A stretch of DNA of 64,000 nt from assembly GCA_963741205.1 (NCBI GenBank), contig CAVUHW010000027.1, positions 96,001 through 160,000 of the forward strand, written 5' to 3'. This document shows positions 21,796 to 31,925 of the stretch, one piece after another (position 1 is the stretch's first letter; every line of letters starts with the position of its first letter). A program made the position numbers and the translations under genes. Source of the stretch: Nitrospirota bacterium. Lineage in GTDB: Bacteria; Nitrospirota; UBA9217. The notes under the pieces were generated by a model, which was not told the origin of the DNA, searched no databases, and worked only from the letters and a program-made list of their open reading frames with translations.

Positions 21796-22911
21796 ATGAA
21801 GAAAAATGATTTCGTTTTCGTCAAAAAGCGACTCGGTGTATCACGCAGAGACTTTTTGAAATACTGCAGCGTTATCGCAGTCGGGATGGGCCTCCCGTTC
21901 GAGGCTGGCGCAAAGATTGCCGAGGCTGTCGTGGCCGCGAAACGTCCTCCGGTCATCTGGCTCTCGGCCCAGGAATGCACCGGTTGTACAGAATCCCTTC
22001 TCCGTTCCTCGCATCCAACTCTTGACCACCTAATCCTCGATCTTATCTCTCTTGACTACCACGAAACGCTCAGCACTCCTTCCGGCCACCAGGCTGAAGA
22101 AGCGAGGGCGGCGTCGATCAAGGAGAACAAAGGCAAGTTCATTCTCGTTGTGGACGGCTCCATTCCGGTTAAGGACAACGGCGTTTACTGCATGATCGCC
22201 GGGAAAACAGCCTTGGAATCTCTGAAGGAAACAGCCAAGGATGCGGCCGCAATCATCGCTATTGGCTCCTGCGCCTCCTGGGGTGGAGTTCCGTCGGCGG
22301 ACCCCAATCCGACAGGAGCGACTCCCGTGCATGAGATCATTAAGGATAAGCCCATAGTTAATCTTCCGGGGTGTCCGCCCAGTCCCTATAATTTTCTCTC
22401 CACTGTACTCTACTTCCTTACGTTCAAGAAACTGCCGGATCTCGATGACAAGGGAAGGCCGAAATTCGCCTACGGAAGGCTCATTCACGAGAACTGCGAA
22501 CGTCGGCCGCATTTCGATGCAGGACGGTTCGCCACGGAGTTCGGCGATGACAACGCCCGGAAGGGATATTGTCTCTATAAACTGGGCTGTAAAGGGCCCG
22601 AGACATTCAATAATTGTCCTTCCATCCTGTATGGCGATGCCGGATCCGGAGCATGGCCGGTGGGAACGGGGCATCCCTGTTTTGGATGCAGCGAGAAGAC
22701 CATAGGCTTCAATAAACCGCTCTTTGCCAAGGCAAGCCTTCATTTGGTGACGCCGCCCGATACCTATCCCCATATTGTCGAACGGCAGGGCGCGGGCATT
22801 GGCGCCTCTCTCGGCGGAGTGGCGGTCGCAGCCGCAGCAGCAGGCGCCGCCTTTGCGGCGGTGAACACGGTCGCCAAGAAACTCGATGATAAAGAGGATA
22901 AGAAGAAATAA
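21796..22911 (+). CDS. hybO: Group 1 [NiFe] hydrogenase small subunit (Hyd-2 type)
   Basis: Tat motif SRRDFLK, AQECTGCTES, GCPP, HENCERR, CLYKLGCKGP, HPCFGC, C-terminal TM anchor. Confidence 0.93.
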   Translation: MKKNDFVFVKKRLGVSRRDFLKYCSVIAVGMGLPFEAGAKIAEAVVAAKRPPVIWLSAQECTGCTESLLRSSHPTLDHLILDLISLDYHETLSTPSGHQAEEARAASIKENKGKFILVVDGSIPVKDNGVYCMIAGKTALESLKETAKDAAAIIAIGSCASWGGVPSADPNPTGATPVHEIIKDKPIVNLPGCPPSPYNFLSTVLYFLTFKKLPDLDDKGRPKFAYGRLIHENCERRPHFDAGRFATEFGDDNARKGYCLYKLGCKGPETFNNCPSILYGDAGSGAWPVGTGHPCFGCSEKTIGFNKPLFAKASLHLVTPPDTYPHIVERQGAGIGASLGGVAVAAAAAGAAFAAVNTVAKKLDDKEDKKK

Positions 22912-22931
22912 GGCCACGGGAGAACTGACCT

Positions 22932-23883
22932 ATGGAGATCAAGAGAAGAGATTTTTTCAAAGTGGCATCAGCGGGAGGGGTTCTGCTCGCGACAGGAGCC
23001 GGTCCGGCCCACGCACGTGAGGCGAAAACCCGGATCAAGGATGCCGTGGGCATGCTGTACGATTCCACGGTTTGTACCGGATGCAAGGCGTGTGAGTCGG
23101 CGTGCAAGCAGTACAACGATATGCCCCCGAGCTTTTCCTCAAACGACAAGCTCTGGGACAATCCCCTCGACGATGACGCGAAGACGTTGAATATTATCAA
23201 GCTTTATAAAGACGGCTCCGGTGCGGTCAAAGACCGTGAGAAGGATGGTTTTGCATTTGTCAAGCGGCAGTGCATGCACTGTGTGGATCCGGCCTGCGTG
23301 TCAGCCTGTCCCGTCTCCGCCTTGAAAAAAGATGAAAAGAGCGGCGTTGTTACCTACAACAAAGACGCCTGCATCGGCTGCCGGTATTGTCAAATCGCCT
23401 GTCCGTTCAATGTCCCCAAATTCGAGTTTGACAAGGCGTTCCCGCAGATCCGGAAGTGCCAGCTCTGTTCGCATCGGCTGGCTAAAGGACAAATCGCCGC
23501 GTGCGCCGAGTTCTGTCCAACAGGTGCAAACATCTTCGGCAGGGTGGAGGACCTTCTTGCGGAGGCGAAGAAACGGCTGACGTATACACCGGGCGAGTAC
23601 CGGAAATACCCTGTTGTACGGGTTGATGGAAAGGAGATGACCGAGCGCCTCGTGACTCCCTATGTCCCGCACGTCTACGGCGAACAGGATGGCGGAGGCA
23701 CCCAGGTGTCTGATTCTTGCCGGGATCCCTTTAGAGAAAATCGGGCTTCCGAAGCTCGATCCCACGCCGATAGCACAGCGTTCGGAAACAATCCAGCATA
23801 CGATTTATAAGGGCATGGTCGCACCGATCGTGTTCCTGGGCGGCCTGGTTTATCTCGTTCATAAGAACTCGAAGGATAAATAA
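22932..23883 (+). CDS. hybA: Hydrogenase-2 ferredoxin-type subunit (frameshift near 23708)
   Basis: Tat RRDFFK, CTGCKACESAC, CMHCVDPACVSACP, CIGCRYCQIACP, YGEQDGGGTQV. Confidence 0.9.
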
Positions 23884-23904
23884 CTTACGCTTGAGGAGAG
23901 AGCT

Positions 23905-25086
23905 ATGTCGGTAGAAATAAAACCAATTGGCGGACGTATCATGACAAAGCCGTTCATTGTCCTCGTGGGGATGGCCCTTTTCGCCGGTCTGCTCGTGCTC
24001 ATCCGGTTTATCTTCGGATTGGCGTCGGTCGCGAACATGAACGACGGCTTTCCCTGGGGCATCTGGATCGCTTATGATGTGGTCGCGGGCACGGCGGTCG
24101 CCTGCGGCGGATATGCCATGGCGCTCATGGTCTACGTGATGAACAAGGGCGAGTACCATCATTTGGTGCGGCCCGCGCTGCTTGCCAGCATGTTCGGCTA
24201 TACGCTGGCAGGTGTTTCTATCTTCTTCGACGTCGGACGGTACTGGCAGGCATACAACCTGTTTCTGCCGAAGTATGCGAACTTGAACTCGATCATGTTC
24301 GAAGTGGCCTTTTGCATCACGACGTATATTTTTGTCCTCTGGATTGAATTCATCCCCGCCTTTCTGGAAGGGCTGAGAAAGCATAAATCCGGTCTGCCGA
24401 AATTCGTTCAGAATTGGGACTTCACGGGAATCGAAAAAATATGGAATAAGGTCCTGTTCTTCTTTATCGCTCTCGGTGTGCTGCTCCCGACCATGCACCA
24501 ATCCTCACTCGGCACGATGATGGTCATCGCGGGCCCCAAGCTGTCGCCGCTGTGGCAAACGAGCCTCCTGCCGCTTTTGTTCCTGATTTCGGCCATCACC
24601 ATGGGATACAGCATTGTGATTTTCGAGTCCATCTATGCGGCCCATGGGCTGAAACGTCCGATGGAAACAGCCATGCTGTCCAGGCTCTCGGCGGTGATTC
24701 CCTGGCTCCTCGGGGCGTTCCTCATTCTCAGGTTCGGCGACCTGCTCGTCCGGGGGGCCTTCGGCGCCTTGTTCTCTTTTAACTTCATCAGCTTCATGTT
24801 CGTCGTTGAAAATGCCCTGTTCATTTATGCCTTTGTCGTTCTCTTGCCGCCTGAGAAACGGACCAAACCGCGCACGATGTTTCTGGCCGCGACAGCGCTC
24901 CTCCTGGCCGGTTCCGTGTATCGTTTCAACGTGTATCTGGTCGGTCTGAGCCCGGCTCCGGGGTGGCACTATTTCCCGTCTTTCGGGGAGGTAATGGTGA
25001 CTTTCGGTCTGATCGCTTTCGAAATTCTGGCTTATCTGTATATCGTTAAAAAATTCCCGGTGCTTCCCGCGGCCGAGCGCGCATAA
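23905..25086 (+). CDS. hybB: Hydrogenase-2 NrfD-type integral membrane subunit
   Basis: PWGIWIAYDV, ACGGY, NSIMFEVAFC, LPTMHQSSLG. Confidence 0.92.
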   Translation: MSVEIKPIGGRIMTKPFIVLVGMALFAGLLVLIRFIFGLASVANMNDGFPWGIWIAYDVVAGTAVACGGYAMALMVYVMNKGEYHHLVRPALLASMFGYTLAGVSIFFDVGRYWQAYNLFLPKYANLNSIMFEVAFCITTYIFVLWIEFIPAFLEGLRKHKSGLPKFVQNWDFTGIEKIWNKVLFFFIALGVLLPTMHQSSLGTMMVIAGPKLSPLWQTSLLPLLFLISAITMGYSIVIFESIYAAHGLKRPMETAMLSRLSAVIPWLLGAFLILRFGDLLVRGAFGALFSFNFISFMFVVENALFIYAFVVLLPPEKRTKPRTMFLAATALLLAGSVYRFNVYLVGLSPAPGWHYFPSFGEVMVTFGLIAFEILAYLYIVKKFPVLPAAERA

Positions 25087-25112
25087 AAATTTATCCATAA
25101 GGAGCGTCGACA

Positions 25113-26812
25113 ATGTCAAAGAGAATTGTAATAGATCCCATTACACGTATCGAAGGTCACCTTCGGATCGAGTGTGAAGTCGACAACGGAAAAGTGTCGA
25201 AAGCTTGGACTTCGGGCCAGATGTGGCGCGGAATCGAAAACATCGTCAAAGGGCGCGATCCACGGGAAGTATGGCTGTTTACTCAACGCATCTGCGGCGT
25301 CTGAACGTCTGTCCATGCCCTGACCTCGGTGAGGTCAGTCGAAAATGCCCTGAACTTGGAAGTGCCCCTGAACGCGCAGTATATCAGGAACCTCATTATT
25401 ACGGCCCATGGGGTCCATGATCATATCGTTCATTTCTATCATTTGGCGGCGCTTGACTGGGTAGACATCGTTTCCGCTCTCAAGGCGGACCCGAAAAAGG
25501 CTTCTCAGCTCGCGGAGAGCCTTTCTTCCTGGGACCAGAACTAGTACAAGCATTTAAAGGAGGTACAGGACCGGCTCAAGACTTTTGTCGGAAGCGGTCA
25601 GTTGGGCATCTACGCCAACGGATATTGGGGACATCCGGCGATGAAGCTGCCGCCCGAGGTCAATCTTATCGCAGCGGCGCATTACCTGCAGGCGCTTTAT
25701 TTCCAGCGCCGCATCAACATGGTGGTGACCATTCTCGGCAGTAAGACACCGCATATTCAGAATCTTGCGGTCGGCGGCGTCTCCAATCCGATAAATACGG
25801 ATAATCAGTCTGCGCTCAATATGGAGCGTCTCTATTACATAAAGACGCTCATTGACGAGGTAGGCAGCTTCGTCAAGAACGCCATGCTCGTCGACGTGGC
25901 CGCCGTTGCGGCCCTGTATGCGGACTGGACAAAGTACGGTGCAGGTGTTACGAATTACCTTTCTGTGCCGGACCTCCCGATGGATACCAAGGGGACGAAG
26001 TTCGCCCTGCCAGGAGGTTATATCCCGAATGGCGATCTCAGCAGTTTCCAGCCGATCAAGAGCTTTGACGACGCCTTCTTTAAAGATGGCGTCAAGGAGA
26101 GTATCAAGCACTCCTGGTATAAGGGTGACTGGAACAAGCATCCCTGGGATGAGACGACCGACCCGAACTATACAGGCATGAAGTATGACGACAAGTATTC
26201 CTGGGTAAAGGCTCCTACGTTCAAGGGCAAGCCGGCGCAGGTCGGGCCGCTGGCGAACGTCTTATGTATGTACGCGGCAGGCCACGCCGGTGCAAAGAAA
26301 TACGTCACCGATATGCTTGGCACGATCAGCGCAATAGCAAAGACCCAGGTTGGACCCGCAGCGCTTCACTCTACCATAGGACGCATCGGAGCCAGGGCGA
26401 TTCGCTGCGCGATCCTGTACGATGAACTCACAACCAGTGGAACGCCCTTATCGCGAACATCGCAACGGGCGACGTGAAGACATTCAATAACCCGGTATTC
26501 CCGAGCGGAGAGATCAGGGGAGTGGGCTTCCATGAAGCGCCCCGCGGGGTGCTCTCGCACTGGTCCGTGATCAACAACGGAAAGGTGAAGAACTACCAGT
26601 GCGTGGTGCCGTCGACTTGGAATGCGAGTCCACGGAACGGGGACAGTGCTCCCGGACCATATGAGGCGTCGCTGGTCGGAACGCCGCTGGCGGACCCGGA
26701 AAAACCGCTGGAAGTCCTGCGGACGGTCCATTCCTTCGACCCCTGCCTTGCCTGCGCTATCCACATGGTCGATGCAAAAGGCAGTGATATTGTAACGGTC
26801 AAGGTGTTGTAA
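25113..26812 (+). CDS. hybC: Group 1 [NiFe] hydrogenase large subunit; in-frame TGA (25302) and TAG (25542) plus a frameshift near 26430
   Basis: [60 protein letters not shown]. Confidence 0.9.
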
Positions 26813-26838
26813 GAACTGTTTGCTTGAATCGAGAAACC

Positions 26839-26889
26839 AGCCCTCTGCTCCCGCAGACAGCTGTCCCCGGGGCAGAGGGCTTTTTTTTT
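26839..26889 (+). terminator. Rho-independent terminator after hybC
   Basis: AGCCCTCTGCTCC...GGGGCAGAGGGCT followed by a long T run. Confidence 0.8.
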
Positions 26890-26907
26890 AGTAGGAGGCA
26901 TTTTTTC

Positions 26908-27405
26908 ATGTCTGAGCCGACCATCACCATCATGGGCTTGGGAAACATCCTCATGATGGACGAAGGCATAGGTGTACACACCATCAGGAGGTTTCTGGAG
27001 CGCTATTCGGTGCCGGGGCACGTTGAGATCATCGACGGTGGAGCCGCAGGCCTTGACCTGCTCCCGTTCATCGAAGGCCGCGAGAAACTGCTGATGGTGG
27101 ACGCAGTCAACTTCAATGAGGCGGCGGGCTATATCGGCGTCCTGGAGAACGACGCCATACCCGCCAAATTCAGTACGAAGGCTTCCCTGCATCATCTGGG
27201 TCTTCTGGATGTCCTTTCGATCGTCAAGCTTTCAAACGCTCTGCCGAAGGACATCTGTCTCATCGGCATTCAGCCCAAGAACATGGAACTCGGCCTTGAC
27301 ATGTCTTCGGCTATGTGGGATAAAATGGATGAGCTCATCGAGCTCATGGTTGCCAAGCTGCGGGAGTGGAGTGTTCCATGTGCCTTGCTATCCCCTCAAA
27401 AGTAG
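26908..27405 (+). CDS. hybD: Hydrogenase maturation endopeptidase (HyaD/HybD family)
   Basis: GLGNILMMDEGIG, IIDGG, VDAV, SLHHLGL, IGIQP. Confidence 0.9.
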   Translation: MSEPTITIMGLGNILMMDEGIGVHTIRRFLERYSVPGHVEIIDGGAAGLDLLPFIEGREKLLMVDAVNFNEAAGYIGVLENDAIPAKFSTKASLHHLGLLDVLSIVKLSNALPKDICLIGIQPKNMELGLDMSSAMWDKMDELIELMVAKLREWSVPCALLSPQK

Positions 27406-27926
27406 TTTCCATCAATCACGGTATGGCCACGATCGACGTATACGGCGCCCGAAAGGACGTTAGCATCATTCTCCTGCCCGAGACGCCGAGACTGGGCGAT
27501 TATGTGCTGGTGCATGCCGGCTTCGCAATCCAGTCGATCAAAGCGGAAGCTTTTCAGACAGGCGAGATCATGCACGAGTCATCTATCGCACACAGCATTC
27601 TTGAAATTGTCGATGAGCAGTGCCGCGAACAAGCCTGCGCTTCGGTCACTGCGATCACGGTGAGACTCGGCAAGGCGACCGGAGTGATGCCCGAGGCGCT
27701 CCAATCCGCTTTTAACACGCTCAAGGAAAACACCGTTGCGAGGAACGCCGTATTGACCTTTGAGGTCGTTCCCGTCGGAGGGAGCTGCCATGCCTGCAAC
27801 AGAGACTTCGACGTCCCCGACATCCCCGATGCCCACCTGGTTTCCGCGTGCCCGCTTTGCGGGTCCGTGTCCTTCGAGATCAGCCGCGGCCGGGAACTGG
27901 AGATCATGGACATGGAGCTCAACTGA
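27378..27926 (+). CDS. hypC: HypC-HypA fusion ORF (HypA part starts MHE at 27570)
   Basis: MCLAIP..GDYVLVHAGFAI continuous with MHESSIA..CHAC..CPLCGS..GRELEI. Confidence 0.8.
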   Translation: MCLAIPSKVVSINHGMATIDVYGARKDVSIILLPETPRLGDYVLVHAGFAIQSIKAEAFQTGEIMHESSIAHSILEIVDEQCREQACASVTAITVRLGKATGVMPEALQSAFNTLKENTVARNAVLTFEVVPVGGSCHACNRDFDVPDIPDAHLVSACPLCGSVSFEISRGRELEIMDMELN

Positions 27927-28022
27927 CGGAAAGATCATTTTCCGCGGACGAACTGAGGGTTCGAAAGACAATGGCCCGAATAGTTACCGACCATAACGAT
28001 ACCGTCTGTTTAGAGCGCCGAT

Positions 28023-28951
28023 ATGATAAATTCGACTGTTCATAGAAAAGAGTTGCATGAAAAAGATGATTTCTTGTCCGTAGACCACATCATAGAGCAA
28101 CTGCGAAACGAAGGCTACGAAATCACCAAAAGGACCTTCCTCTATTACGTCCAACGAGGACTCCTCCCCAAGGGCACCAGAAAAGGTTACGAGAAGGGGG
28201 GGGTCCAGTTCTCGTATCCCGCCTCGACCGGCTCCCTCATCAAGATAATATTCGAGCTGAAGGCTAAGGGCCACAGTCTGAACGGCATAAAAGAATTGCT
28301 TGAGGCCCTTCGGAATTACCCGGAGGGGAAGCCACATCGTTCAGCATCCGCGGAAAAGGGGAGGAAAACGCCACGGGGTTTGTTTCACATTTCGCCGGGA
28401 AAGCGGGGTTCGATCTTCTGGACATGGTGATGCGGCAAACCCCGGGAGGCGATGCCTTGAAATCATGCTTGCAGTGCGGCACTTGCGGCGGTTCGTGCCC
28501 TTCAGCGGCCGACATGGACTACACGCCGCGCCAATTGTTTTCCCTGCTGAATGCCGGTCTGGCCCGCGAAGTGCTTTCGAGCAATACGCCCTGGTTCTGC
28601 GTCTCCTGTTATTACTGCACGGTGAGGTGCCCCCGGCAGATACCCATTACGGAAATCATGTATACGCTAAAAGAGCTGGCCGTGAAACACGGCCTGATGA
28701 AAATCACCGACGCATACGATTTTTCAAAAACCTTCGTCAATATGGTCGAAAAATACGGAAGGAGCTTCGATTTCGGCCTGTCGCTCCGGTACCATCTGAC
28801 ACACAACTCCATGAACGAGGACTCCTGGGGGACGTTGACCGTGAGGATGTATAAGAAGGAGAGGATGGTGACGGGGCCGTCGAAGATCAAGGATATCGAC
28901 GGGCTCTTCCGAATTCTGGAAAAGGCGAAGCAGATCGGGGGCGGGAAATGA
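28023..28951 (+). CDS. hdrC: Heterodisulfide reductase subunit C (core 28424-28951) with an upstream MerR-like HTH ORF, probably one gene split by a frameshift
   Basis: CLQCGTCGGSCP and WFCVSCYYCTVRCP; upstream ITKRTFLYYVQRGLLP..LKAKGHSLNGIKELL. Confidence 0.75.
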
Positions 28952-29892
28952 GGTACGCGTTTTATCCGGGATGTTCATCGGAGCATCTTGCGTCCGCGTA
29001 TCAGGATTCATGGAAGCAGGTCGCCGATTTATTTAAAATTGAACTCTCCTCCATCCCGGACTGGAACTGCTGCGGGGCGACCGAATACAGCTCAATGAAC
29101 CGGCTCGGCGCCTATGCACTGACAGCGCGGAATCTGGCCCTCGTTCCCGGCGGGTGCGATCAGGTAGTCGCCTCCTGCAGCGCGTGTTATCTGAATCTGA
29201 AAAAAACGGACAAGGTCATGTCCGAGCATCCGGATGTCGAGCGCGATGTCAACTTGGCCCTCTCGGCCGGTGGGCTCAACTACACTCCGGGGAAGTTCAA
29301 AATCAGGCATATCCTGGACGTCATCATAAACGATATAGGCCTTGAGGTCATCAAGGAAAGGGTCTCATCACCCCTCACGGGACTCCGTGTGGCCCCCTAT
29401 TACGGCTGCATGCTTGTCAGGCCGGGCAACGGCTTCGACCATCCGGAATATCCTGTTATGATGGACAGGCTGCTTTCCGTGCTTGGGGCCACGGTGGTCG
29501 ACTATTCAATGAAGGCCTATTGTTGCGGTGGCCACATGCCTCACATCAAGGCGATGACCGGATACGAAATTTTAAGGAGAATACTGAAGGACATCCGCAA
29601 CAAGAGGGCCGATATCATCGCGGTGATCTGCCCTGTCTGTCAGGTGAACCTGGATGCCTACCAGGACGATGTCAATAAAAACTTCGGAACGGATTTTAAC
29701 ATTCCCGTCCTTTTCTTTACACAACTCATGGGGCTCGCCCTCGGCATGACACAGGAGTCCATGGGGATCGGAAAGGAACTGGTATCCGCCCATGAAGTTT
29801 TGTCTGTCAAGAGGAAGACGACGGCTGTCGCCTCTCAGCCTGAAAGACCGGAGGAGGGCCTCCCTATGCCGGATTTGAAAAGGGGAGAATAA
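28948..29892 (+). CDS. hdrB: Heterodisulfide reductase subunit B
   Basis: FYPGCS, DWNCCG, YYGCML, YCCGGH, CPVCQVNLD (two CCG domains). Confidence 0.93.
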   Translation: MRYAFYPGCSSEHLASAYQDSWKQVADLFKIELSSIPDWNCCGATEYSSMNRLGAYALTARNLALVPGGCDQVVASCSACYLNLKKTDKVMSEHPDVERDVNLALSAGGLNYTPGKFKIRHILDVIINDIGLEVIKERVSSPLTGLRVAPYYGCMLVRPGNGFDHPEYPVMMDRLLSVLGATVVDYSMKAYCCGGHMPHIKAMTGYEILRRILKDIRNKRADIIAVICPVCQVNLDAYQDDVNKNFGTDFNIPVLFFTQLMGLALGMTQESMGIGKELVSAHEVLSVKRKTTAVASQPERPEEGLPMPDLKRGE

Positions 29893-31866
29893 ATGACTGA
29901 AAAGATCGGCGTCTATATCTGTCACTGCGGTTCGAATATAGCGGGAACTGTGGATGTCTCCGAGGTGGCGGAGTTTGCAAAGGGGCTTCCGGATGTCGTC
30001 GTATCGCGGGACGACAAATTCATGTGTTCCAGCGCAGGGCAGGAGCTCATCCAGCGGGACATCAAGGAGTCCGGACTGACCAGGATCGTGGTGGCCGCTT
30101 GTTCGCCCCATATGCACGAGCAGACGTTTCGCGCCGCGGCAGGCAGGGCGGGTCTCAACCCGTTTCTGTTCGAGATGTGCAACATCAGAGAACAGGATTC
30201 ATGGATTACCGACGACAGTCAAGCGGCAACGAACAAGGCGAAGGCGCTCGTTGCGGCGGCCGTTTACCGCGTCAGAAGCCACCGGCCCCTTGAGAGCGTC
30301 TCGGTCGAGATTCATCCCGAAGCACTGGTCGTAGGCGGGGGCATAGCGGGGATCCACGCCGCGCTGGAGATCGCCGACGCGGGCCATAAGGTCCACCTGA
30401 TTGAACGGGAACCGTCCCTCGGCGGTCACATGGCCCAGCTCGATACTACCTTCCCGACCCTCGACTGTTCTGCCTGCATACTCACCCCGAAGATGTTTTC
30501 CGCGGGACAGCATCCGAACATCAACCTCCTGACCTACAGCGAGGTCGTGTCGGCCAAGGGTTGTATCGGAAACTTTGAGGTGAAAATAAGACAAAAGCCC
30601 CGGTTTATCGATACCGCTCTTTGTAACGGCTGCGGCTTGTGCCAGCAGATATGTCCCCAGAAGGTCGTGGATACGGCCCATGAGGCAGGCCTCGGATACC
30701 GGAAGGCGGTGTACAGCCCCTTTATGCAGGCAGTGCCGAAATATCCCGTGATCGACACCGAAAACTGCATCTATTTCAAGACCGGGAAATGCCGACTCTG
30801 CGAAAAGATATGCCCGACCAACGCGGTCGACTTCGCTCAGGAGGAGAAGTTCATCGATCTCAAAGCGGGCGCTGTCATCCTCGCCACCGGTTTTCGTCTT
30901 TTCGACCCGAGGAGGGTCCCTCAATACGGTTACGGAAGATACCCCAATGTGTTTACGAGTCTTGAATTCGAGAGGATGCTCAACATGGCCGGCCCGACAG
31001 GCGGGAAGATCGTTCTGAGGGACGGCACGACCAGACCCGAAAGCGTCGCGATCATTCACTGCGTGGGAAGCAGGGACAAGAACTACCACGAATACTGCTC
31101 GAAGGTATGTTGCATGTATTCGCTTAAATTCGCCCACCTCATCAGGGAAAAGACCGGGGCCGAGGTCTTTAACTTTTACCTGGACATCAGGTCCGCTGGG
31201 AAAAATTACGAGGAGTTCTATCGCCGCGTGCAGGATGAGGGCGCCCATTTCATCAGGGGCAGGGCAGCCATGATCATGGACACCGCGTTTAGCCCGGCCG
31301 AGGAAGGGAAGCTTGTGGTCCAGGCAGAGGACACGCTTCTCGGCGTTCAGAGGCGGATACCGGTGGACATGGTCATCCTCAGTCCCGCGATGGAGCCTAA
31401 GGCCGACGCGCGGGAGATGGGGAGGCTGTTCGGCATGGGATGCGATGCCGCAGGTTTCTTTACGGAGAGACACCCCAAGCTTGCCCCGGTATCGACCATG
31501 ACCGAAGGGATCTTTATAGCCGGGACGTGCCAGGGACCGAAGGATATTCCCGAGAGCGTGGCCCAGGCGGGTGCTGCGGCAGCGCGCGTGCTCTCGCTCA
31601 TCTCGAAGGGCAGGGTGGAACTTGAGCCGATCAGGGCGATCATCGAGAAGGACCTGTGCAGCGGGTGCCATATCTGCAACGAGCTCTGCCCCTACCATGC
31701 CATAGATTTTGTCGAAGAGGAAAAGGTGTCGGAAATCAACCCGGCCCTCTGCACGGGGTGCGGAACGTGCGTTGCCGCCTGCCCGAGCCAGGCCATAACC
31801 GGTTGTCACTTCACCTCGGAACAAATCATGGCCGAGATCGAAGGTATCCTGTCGGATGTGAAGTAG
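29893..31866 (+). CDS. hdrA: Heterodisulfide reductase subunit A
   Basis: GVYICHCGSNI, ACSP, VVGGGIAG, TFPTLDCSACILTP, HCVGSRD, YCSKVCCMY, C-terminal ferredoxin. Confidence 0.95.
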   Translation: MTEKIGVYICHCGSNIAGTVDVSEVAEFAKGLPDVVVSRDDKFMCSSAGQELIQRDIKESGLTRIVVAACSPHMHEQTFRAAAGRAGLNPFLFEMCNIREQDSWITDDSQAATNKAKALVAAAVYRVRSHRPLESVSVEIHPEALVVGGGIAGIHAALEIADAGHKVHLIEREPSLGGHMAQLDTTFPTLDCSACILTPKMFSAGQHPNINLLTYSEVVSAKGCIGNFEVKIRQKPRFIDTALCNGCGLCQQICPQKVVDTAHEAGLGYRKAVYSPFMQAVPKYPVIDTENCIYFKTGKCRLCEKICPTNAVDFAQEEKFIDLKAGAVILATGFRLFDPRRVPQYGYGRYPNVFTSLEFERMLNMAGPTGGKIVLRDGTTRPESVAIIHCVGSRDKNYHEYCSKVCCMYSLKFAHLIREKTGAEVFNFYLDIRSAGKNYEEFYRRVQDEGAHFIRGRAAMIMDTAFSPAEEGKLVVQAEDTLLGVQRRIPVDMVILSPAMEPKADAREMGRLFGMGCDAAGFFTERHPKLAPVSTMTEGIFIAGTCQGPKDIPESVAQAGAAAARVLSLISKGRVELEPIRAIIEKDLCSGCHICNELCPYHAIDFVEEEKVSEINPALCTGCGTCVAACPSQAITGCHFTSEQIMAEIEGILSDVK

Positions 31867-31925
31867 AATCTTTTTGAGCACCAAATGACACGCGCTAAAC
31901 TCGGAATTTTTGAGGATATCAGGTC

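Noticed and set aside
25113-26812. Genome-wide stop-codon reassignment
   Set aside because: TGA and TAG terminate many neighbouring genes at the expected positions (for example mvhA, hypE, purC).
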